This document shows, one piece after another, positions 1 through 11,804 of a stretch of DNA of 64,000 nt. A program made the translations under genes and the position numbers. The notes under the pieces are model-generated. The model saw nothing but the letters and a program-made list of their open reading frames with translations, was not told where the DNA came from and did no database searches. The first letter of the stretch is position 1; each line of letters opens with the position of its first letter. The stretch comes from Salpingoeca rosetta (Eukaryota; Protista; Choanoflagellata): the NCBI GenBank assembly GCA_033442325.1, contig JAWQFM010000008.1, positions 1,895,309 through 1,959,308 of the forward strand. Direction: 5' to 3'.

Positions 1-262
1 CACCACCACCGCCATCGCCACTGGTATCCATGACTTCTTGTCACGTTCCCTCCTTTTCCAACGCGCTGCTGCGTTGTCCTTGCACTGATCCCCACAGTGA
101 AGTCAGCCCAGCGCCTTCCGAATGCCGCTGTCTCCTCGCTCGCAACCAGCAACCAGCTTCGCTCGCAACCAGACAGCCAGACAGCACCGTCCTCCTTCGC
201 CTGCGTTTTCCCTCTTTTTTGCTTTTGCTTTGCTTCTTTCTTTTCGCTGTTTGTGTTTGGTG

Positions 263-278
263 TGCCGCGAATTTCAAA
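263..278. promoter_or_regulatory. CDE/CHR-like tandem element
   Basis: TGCCGC-GAAT-TTCAAA: a GC-rich hexamer, a 4-nt spacer and TTYRAA. Confidence 0.35.
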
Positions 279-387
279 ACAGCTCTGATGCTCCGCAAAA
301 TTGGCGAACGGTGCAATTTGCAACACAGTCTCACACAAAATCCTGCAAACGCCAGGTAAAAAACTCCCGGGGAAATTCGGGTTCGAG

Positions 388-401
388 GTTTCACTGGCAA
401 C
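388..401. promoter_or_regulatory. RFX X-box-like element
   Basis: GTTTCACTGGCAAC is an imperfect palindrome resembling GTTNCCATGGNAAC. It lies upstream of the SSxYG-repeat gene. Confidence 0.45.
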
Positions 402-1188
402 ATGTCAGATTTTCGGCTGCGCTCCAGTGCCTTCGCTTCCCCCCTGTGTGTGCGAGCGAGCGGTGAGTTGCTTCTTGTGCCTTTGCGTGACCCCCATCTG
501 CTTTGCTTCTTCGCGGCCGTTGTGGCAGCACTGAGACTCAGGGTGAGCACACGAGCCCCATCTGCCGCTCGCTGCTTGATCGAGTGCATGGGTGGAATGC
601 GGCTTGGGCTTGCGGCCTTGCCTGTGGATGAGCAGCTGCGGGTGCTTGAGAACAAAGGGGAGGAGGAAGGGTTGAAGAGAAGAGGACGATGAAGGCTTTT
701 TTTTTTTTGTCGGTGTGGAGCTCCCACTGAACAGCAGCACAAAACAGCGCGGTGGTGTGGTGTGATGACAGAATGGATGGGGGACGATGTGCATGCGTGT
801 GTGTGTTTGTGTGTGTGTGCGTGTGTGTAGTGCGTGGTGCGTGTGAGTTGGCTGCGATCACTGCATGCAGTGCTCAAATGCCGCTCTTATGCCAGCAACA
901 CCCGCAACGGCAACAGCTCCTTCCGTGCCCACTCGCCCCAACCGCCAGCACCATCGTCGGCATTTGTTGTTGTGTGGGGTCACGTCATCAGCACCCCGTG
1001 TACTGCTTCATTTCCAGCACAACTGAGCTTACTTGCAAGCCCTTGTTGATTTGTCGCTCACAATCCTTGGCCGCCGCTCTCCTCCTTGGTTTGCCACATG
1101 CAGTTGAAACAGGCACCGAACGCACTCCGTTCCAAGAAAACCACTGTTTCCCCTCCTATCAATCAATCGACAACCAGCCACAGCAATC

Positions 1189-2390
1189 ATGACGGTCAGT
1201 CGCTGCTGCCCGCCCTGCCCTACTGACCACCATCACTGGGGCAACTGACACTGCAGTTGCAGTGCCCTTTGACGAGTGCAGCTACACGGCGCTCACACCG
1301 CATTTTCGCAGTTGTCCAGTACACGCCAACAGCACTGGTCACACAACCGACAACAACAACAGCAACAACAACAGCAGCGCTCAGACACCACTGAACATGC
1401 AGCAATCCACGCACACGAGCTGACTCACGCACGCACGCACCCACACACGCACTCACATTCGCTTACTCTCTCTCTCTGTCTCCCACCAACGCGTACACAA
1501 ACACACCTTCTCATACACACCTCCTCACGCACACACACAAACGCCTGCACACACGTGTTCGCAAGCAGGACCGTGAGAGCTCGTGGGCGTTGGCACCTGA
1601 GCGTGGCCTGGACCAGCTTGAACGGGAGGAGCCCAACGAGTGGGACGGCATCTACAACGAGGTCCCCACCTTTGAGCCAGACCTCATGTCCTCGCCAGAG
1701 CTGCGCACGCGTGCACGGTCCTCCGGCTACGGCAAGAGCGTGCCTGTGGTGAAGCGCGTTGTGCTCGAGCCCAACGACCTTCGTCCCTGGGAGGAGGTGC
1801 CCACCTTCAAGCCCGAGCTGCAGGAGAGCCCCATCCGCAAGAGTGCCCCATCGTCCAACTACGGCCGCGCCATCCCCACCAGGAAGGAGGTGGCCCCCGA
1901 GATTCCCAAATTCAAACCAGAGATCCAGCGCTCCCCGTCTGCTCAGCGACAGTTCTCGACCGTCAAGTCGTCTGGCTACGGCCGCGTGTCCGCCGCTGTC
2001 TCCCGCCCCTCCTCTGCGCCCTCGCTCAAGTTCCGCCCACAAATGCCCAAGAGCAAGCTGCGGCAGTCGGTCAAATCGTCTGGGTACGGGCGCGTGCTGC
2101 CTGACGCAAAGCGGCCCTCGTCTGCGCCCCGGCGCTCCAACAGCATGGACACGTCCACGACGCCGAGCAAGTTTGTGCCGCGCTACTCGCTGCTCATGGA
2201 CAGATCAGACAAGGAGGCTGCAGAGGACGCGAAGAACAAGGAGACGGAGGAGGGCGAGTTTGTGCTTGACGGCCTCTCCTCAGTCAACTCGCGGTCAAAA
2301 CTCGAGCTCAGCTTCGGCCTCCCTCCAAACCACACCCCATCCCCAAAACAAAAGTCAGTCATGTCACTCCGCACGACGCTGTCGTTGTCG

Positions 2391-2453
<63 letters not shown>

Positions 2454-2456
2454 CAG

Positions 2457-2545
<89 letters not shown>

Positions 2546-4309
2546 GCTCTGCGCTGCTGATTGTGGAACAACGTCCAACATTTCCTTTTGAATGAAGCCT
2601 CACCATCACCCGCTCACCATCCCCCCTTCCACCAATTGCGTGTCCCCACCACCTCTCGATTGCGTCAGGGCGCTGCGGGACTCTGCGTCGTCGAGCAAGT
2701 ACGGGCTTGCGTCGCCGCCGGTTGCGCCCCGCCAATACAAGGAGCGTGGCCCCGTTGACTTCTCCTTTGACAAGTCCTCGTCCGTGCTCGACCAGCCCCT
2801 GGAGCCCTTTGCCACAAAGACGCCACTCGCAGACAAGGTGCAGTGTCGCACCCGCGCGTGTGTGCACATCGTTTCTTGTGGTGCTGTTGTGTATGGGAGT
2901 TGTAGCCTCGTTTTCTCGCGAGCTTCGTTGTGTGCTGGCCGGTTAAGGTTGAATTGCAAGTGCACTGATGAATACGCTTTTTGTCTTCTCGCCGATGCCG
3001 CCACCAAACCACTCGTCTCACCTATTTCGCACGTCCTGCCATGGGACGTTCCCCCGCTTCTCTCAACAGGTGCGCTCGTCGCAGTACGGCAAGGCGCCGC
3101 CACCACGCGGGGAGAAGCCAGCGCCCAAGCAGCCCGAGCCGCGGTGGTCGCTCACCTTCAAGGGCGAGGTCCCACGCGACCCGCCAGCAGCGCCCCGCAA
3201 CCAGCTCACAGAGAAGGTGCATGCATGGATCGTGCGCTGCTGTCCTCACAGTGCTTGTGTGTGTATGTGTGGTTGTTTGTGTGTGAGTGTGTGGTTATTT
3301 GTGTGTGTTTGTGTGGTTGTTTGTGTGTTTGTATGTGTCCCCCCCCCTTTTTTTTTGTGTGTGTGTGGTTGTTTGTGTATGTGTGTGTGTGGCTCAAGTG
3401 TGTTTGTATCCGCGTGCCTAAGCTGCTGGGCCACCGGTTCACGCCCGTCGTTGTTACTTCATGTGCGTGCTGCGTTGCTCACGTTCTGCGTATTGCTTTC
3501 CTTCCATGATTGGCGTCACGTTGGTTCAGGTTGCCTCCCACGGCTACGGCCAGGTTTCGCCCGAGAAGGGCCCTCGCTTCGAGATGGAGGTGCCCCCACT
3601 TTGGATCCCTTCCAACAACCCCCGCGTCAAGCTGTCAGAGCCAACGCCAGTGCCACGCTCCCGTCTCAACGACTCGGTATGTGTGCGTGTGTGTGTGTGT
3701 GTGTGAAGTGAGCGTGAGATGCGTGTATGCGTGTATGCGGGGGTGATGCTTGCGAGTGAGGCGTGCGCGTGTGTGATTATGTGGGGAGGGTTGTCATTTG
3801 CATCGACACGTTTCGCTATCATTTATGCGTTCCATGCTTCCGCGCTTGTGCCCCCCCCGCAGGTTCGCAGTCACTACGGCACAGACTATGACCCAACTTC
3901 CCTGTACGCTTTGTAAGTCAAGCACCTGCTGCTTGTCGTGGTGGTGGTAGTGGTGGTCGTTGCTTCTCACGTGACTCAGTGCTGCTCTTGCTTTGCCATG
4001 GCATTCCAATGCGTGTGTGTACATCGTATCCTGCCTGCTTGTCCTCTCGCTTTCCTGCACGCTTTCTCATTTCCTTTCCTGCCACCACCACCACCACCCC
4101 TGCTGTTGCTGCCCTGTGTGTTGTGAACGCCAAACAGCAACGGGGAGGACGAGTTTGATGACGAGGCTGAGGAGGGCATTGACGGGCCGTTTGTGCAGGA
4201 GGGCGAGGAGCACGCGCAGGAGAACGGGGACGAAGTTGTTGTGGACGAGGGAGACGAGGAGGAACAGGAGGAGGAGGAGGAGGAACAGGAGGAGTTTGAG
4301 GAGTACTAG
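1189..4309 (+). CDS. Uncharacterised SSxYG-repeat protein with acidic C-terminal EEY tail (491 aa), putative microtubule-associated protein
   Basis: Phase-consistent GT-AG exons 1189-1194, 1569-2353, 2669-2837, 3070-3216, 3530-3676, 3863-3912, 4138-4309 (1476 nt). Eight SSxYG-like repeats. Ends ...EEQEEFEEY*. Confidence 0.8.
2384..2546. repeat. (TTG)n intronic microsatellite
   Basis: About 160 nt of TTG with one interruption. Confidence 0.95.
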
Positions 4310-5005
4310 CCAGCCTGTGCCATTTGCTTTGGTTATCGCCACCCACCGCCGTCACCGGTCGCCACCCATCAAATCACCTGAACCCACATCATCATCATCG
4401 ACATCATCATCGACATCATCATCGACATCAACATTATCGCTTCACCGGCGCCGACAAGCGCAACTTGTGTGCAAACTGGGTGGAAGCGGGAATGGGATGG
4501 CTCTTGTTCTGCGTCGTGTGCGTGGCGTTGTGTTGTGTAGTGTCTCTTTGGTGTCCTGTTTTTTTTTTTCTTTTCTCTTGGACTGCTTCTTGTCGTTGTT
4601 GATGTTGTTCGTTTTTTTCTCTTTGTGACTGCTACGTATGCCTCACTTGGTGGGCCTGCCTCCCTCCATCGTCGTCTTGTTCCATCCATGCCTGTTGTTG
4701 CTTGTGTCATGTGTTGTTCGAGCACAACATGTGGCTTTGACAATGAAGGATTGAACCTTTTGACATATGGATGGAGACAACTCTGTGTGTGTGTGTGTCT
4801 GTGTGTGTGTGTGTGAGTGTGAGTGTGTGTGTGTGTGTGTGTGAGTGTGACATGATGTGACAACGCTTGCACGACAACAACGACAAAGACACCACCACCA
4901 CACACACTACCAACCAAGTGGCAACGAAAATTCATGGATAATTTTAGCAAACTATCACTAATCCACCCTCCTGCGACCACGCTGGGAAGAGAGACGAGCA
5001 CGACG

Positions 5006-7602
<2,597 letters not shown>

Positions 7603-8589
7603 AGCTGCGGCTTGTGGCGCTAGCTGATGAAGCATGCGTTCGTGTGTGATTGGTGTGTGTGTGTGTGAGTGTGTGTGTGAGTGTGTGTGTGATTGGTGTG
7701 TGTGTGTGGGGGGGGGGATTCGTGCGTGAGTGATTGTATGCGCAAACACGCGCGCGCGTGTGCGAATAGTGCCGTTGTTGTTGAAGAGATGTGTGTTTCT
7801 TTGGATTGATGTTTTGTCGTGTGCTCAATGTTGTTTGTAAGACTAAAGAGCTTCGAAGACTCTGGTCCCATCACATCAAAGATGTCAGCCAGCACCAATT
7901 GAACCAAACACACACACACTGGCTTGCTTGCTTGTGCTATCATGTGTCGACAAAATGCCATTTATTCCAACAAACGTACACCAACAACACTGCACAAATC
8001 AAGAAGCAAAGACGGGTCAGGGAATTGTTTTCTGGACATGTGTGCATGTGAATGCATGCTGAGGTGCACAGGAGGGAGCAGACTGAAACAAACAAACAAA
8101 CAAACAAACAAACAAACAAACAAACAAACAAACAAACAAATAGCCGCGAACACACAACAGAGAAGAAATAGACAAACGGCGTGCACACGCACACAATGCA
8201 CGTGAAGGCAAAACAAAAAGGACAAAGACGACACTGAAACGGGTACAGCACGCAACGTCAAAGTCATGCTGCACGCAATCGCACCGTGTGCATACAGCAA
8301 CACACTCAACTGACACGAGAGAGGAAATGACACACAGCGAAAGCGTGTGTGGGTGCTTGGGGGGGGGGGAGGAGAAGGAGGAGGAAAGGACTTGGTAGTG
8401 ATTGGGGCCAACGACAAAAGCCGACAACAACAACAACAACAAGGCGCGAGACAAATGAAGAAAGACGGCGGTGGCAGGTTAAGAGCGTCACGAGGAGGGA
8501 GGAGGTAGTGTGTGGAAGCGTGGGTGAGTATGCGTGGGACAACAGGGAGCCTGCGGCTGTCGCAGTTGGTGGGAATGGAGCAGCGGCGT

Positions 8590-10831
8590 TCACTTGAGAA
8601 GCAGCTTCTCCACAAAGCGGCGCGTCTGCACACACGCACGCACGCACGCGAGTGTGGTGTGGTGTGAATTGGTGTAAGGTGGTGTGAGGTGGTGTGAGGT
8701 GATGGCGGGTGGTGGAGGAGGCAGTGCTTTGCGGTGTTGTCGTTGCACAGTCAACAACAGACAGCACCCAATTAAGGGGCATAGGCGACTGACCGACTCT
8801 GTGACGGGGCGGGCGATACCACGAGCCTTGAGGGCAGCAGCAACCTCCTGGTTGGACATGCGGGCCACCTCGTCCTTGTTGTACACGCGGCGGCTCGGCG
8901 ACACAGGGGTCGAGGACTTCAGAAAGGCGGAGAGCGGAAGGTTGGTGGGTGGGAAGGAGGAGGAGCGAAAGAAGCGAGGAAGTGAGCAAGTGTGAGATTC
9001 GTTTCAAGAGCACGATGCTTGGGGTTGGCAACAACACATACACACGCCTACACACAAACACTTACACACCTACACAAACACTTACACACCTACACACACG
9101 CGCGCACACACACACACTCATGTTGCGCACCTCTGCTGCTGCTGCTGCTGCTGCGCGTGTCTTTCTGCTTGAGGAGCGGGCTGGCTTCGAGGCCGACGAA
9201 CGCGTGGCGGCGCGGGTGGCGGACCGGGTGCGCTGGGGACGCGTGCGGGTGGTGCGCTGTGGCAGGCGGCGTGGCTGCACCTCCTCCTGCACCTCCCGCT
9301 GCTGCTGGACAGGCACAGAGGGCTCCTCGTCATCGGAGAGCAGCGACTCCGAGGGCTCCTGGCTGCTGGCGGCACGGGTGATGTAGCGGCGCGTGCGCAC
9401 CTGGCGAACACGCACCTCGCCCGTCTCCTCGTCCTCATCAATGTCAACCTCATCGTCAGAGACAAGCGCGGCAAACTCCGGCACGCGCTGCTGCTCCGGC
9501 GACGCAACGGCAGAGGCGCCGGTCGTGGCGGTGGTGGTGGTCGCTGTGGCGGTCATGGTGTACTCCTGCTCCTGCACGTCCTCGGCCTGCTTGCCTTCAT
9601 CGGCAGCGGCGGTGGCGGGGCCGTTGAACAGCGTGGGCCATGCAGAGACAACAAAGGCGAGCATGCCAATGACCCACCCGGCCTCAATGTCCTGGCAGCT
9701 TGTCTGGATGACGATGAGCGCAACGAGCTGCAGGGCAATCTGCACATACCGGCGCAGGTCCTCGGGCTGGCCCGTGGCCTCCAGTTGCGTGTATCCGAGC
9801 ACGGAGAGCAGCAGCAGGGCGCCGCCGACGGCAGTGAGGCCAAACTGCTCCTCCACGCGCTGCACGAGCTCAACCACGGCCCGCTGCAGGGTGAAGGTGG
9901 CAATGACGCCGAGCGCGGCAACAAAGGTGAGGCGGCTGGGGCGGGAGTCGCGCGTGACGGCGGAGACAGGGTACACGACCGCGCTGACAAGGAACATGAC
10001 GGGACGCAGGACGGCCGGCACGGCGACCAGGGCGGGCGCCAGGATCATCACGGCAATGCCGCCCAGCACACCAGACATGCGGCACGCGTCAATCTCTGAT
10101 GAGACGCAGCGTGAGATGCATTGTAGTGTGTGTGTGTGTGTGTGTTGTGAGTGTGAGGGGAAGGAAAAGGGGAAGGGGGCGTGAGCGAGTGAGAGAGGAG
10201 TGAGTGCGCACGCGCGCGCGTGTGCGCACGAGTCAGGAGAGTGAGACGTTGAAGATGTGAGTCCACGATCACATTGGGCGCATAAACACCAACCAACACC
10301 ACCCACCCACACACCCACACACACAGACACTCACACACCACATACTCTCACGCGCGCGCACACACACACATATACACACACACGCACATACTCACACACA
10401 TCTCGTACGTAAGCACGCGCGCACAAAACATGCTGCGCCTTGTTCAGTGGGGACAACCAACCTGTGTGGATGTCCACGTTGGCGCCCTTGCTGAAGGAAA
10501 GGGTGGCGTTGGTGAATGGGGAGAAGGAGACTTGGGTGTCAGTGACATCGTTGCGTCCAGGGATCTTGACGGTGACCTTGCACTCGTTGTCGGAGGTGCC
10601 AACAATGTGCTCGGAGACGAGGAGGAGCGGGTTGCGCATGACGTTCTGGGGGTCGATGAGGGGCTGGGGCTCCGTCTCGTAGTAGTATGACTTGCCGCTG
10701 AGGACGCGTGCGCCGCTCTCTGGGAGGGAACCGCGCAGCTTGTGAGCAACGGTGTGCACGTCACTGTCGCCACTGGCGGCCACACGCGCAGTGACCATCA
10801 TCAGGCAGGCCACTGCTGCCACCAGCATCAT
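8590..10831 (-). CDS. NEMP (TMEM194)-like multi-pass nuclear envelope protein with C-terminal LEM domain (497 aa)
   Basis: Exons 10831-10462, 10095-9131, 8916-8794, 8625-8590 (1494 nt). Signal peptide, luminal domain containing FSPF, about 5 hydrophobic segments including the NEMP-like YVQIALQLVALIVIQTSCQ, an acidic then Arg-rich linker, and terminal EVARMSNQEVAAALKARGIARPVTESTRRFVEKLLLK. Confidence 0.72.
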
Positions 10832-11093
10832 CTTCCCAGCGTGTCTGTGCAGGAAAATGGGAGGGGGGTGCGTCAATGTGAGTGAGTGTGTGTCAATGTG
10901 AGTGAGTGTGTGCATGTGATTGAGTGTGTGTGTGCATGTGATTGCGAGTGTGTGCATGTGAGTGTGGATGGGTTGTGGCAGCAGAGATGAGGTGCCGTTT
11001 CACTGTGCCACACACATCACTGGCTCACAAGCGCAAGCGCTCACACACAAAAACCATCACCGGCAGTGGTGTTGGTGCTGCTTCTCCAAATCC

Positions 11094-11164
<71 letters not shown>

Positions 11165-11241
11165 TGTTGCCATCATCGTCGTTGTGGTTGTTGTCGGAAG
11201 CGAGCGGTGCAGTCTGTAGCCGTTGCGTGAAGCGTGCGGTT

Positions 11242-11257
11242 GGCGGGAAGTTTTGAA
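11242..11257. promoter_or_regulatory. E2F(CDE)/CHR-like tandem element
   Basis: GGCGGG-AAGT-TTTGAA in the divergent intergenic region between the NEMP-like and p25alpha genes. Confidence 0.45.
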
Positions 11258-11804
11258 AAACCGTCAACGTGTGTGCGGTTTTTTGGATGTGCGAGTTGTA
11301 GAGCACTCTTGCCTATCCACCGGTGCGCACGCGACACTTGCGGTTGTTTTGGTTGCCGTCCGACAGCACAAAATCAAGGCGACCACAACCACAACAAAAA
11401 ACCAAAAACAAGCCAAGCTGCACGCCATCCATCGCCAACACACTCCACCCCTCACGACCTGGTGCGCGGTCGTTGGAAGAGCTGTCGTGGGCGCTGCTGT
11501 GGTGTTGTGTGTTGTGTGTTGTGTGTTGTGTGTTGTGTGTTGTGTTGTGTGGTGTGTGAGCGCGCTTGGAACTGTGGTTATGAGATGAGTTGCTGTGTGA
11601 ACGCTGAGTGCTTTTCCTGCTTGCTCGCACATCCTGCTTGGTTGATGGCTGGCGCGCGTTTTGGCTACACGATCCCCTTCTCCGTCCCTCGCTTCCTCTC
11701 ACTGCACTTTCCTCTCCTATTCCCCCCCCCCGCTTGCCTGTCTCGTCCACACCGCCTCCCCCCCCCCTCCGAATCCCCACTGCAGCACAGGTCAACAGCG
11801 AACC

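Noticed and set aside
1-31. Possible start of a minus-strand gene (MDTSGDGGGG) running off the window
   Set aside because: Only 10 codons are visible and there is no recognisable motif.
2354-2591. Poly-Leu, poly-Cys and poly-Gln ORF extensions, and the many HTHT/CVCV ORFs across the window
   Set aside because: These are translations of intronic (TTG)n and (CA/TG)n microsatellites flanked by canonical splice sites.
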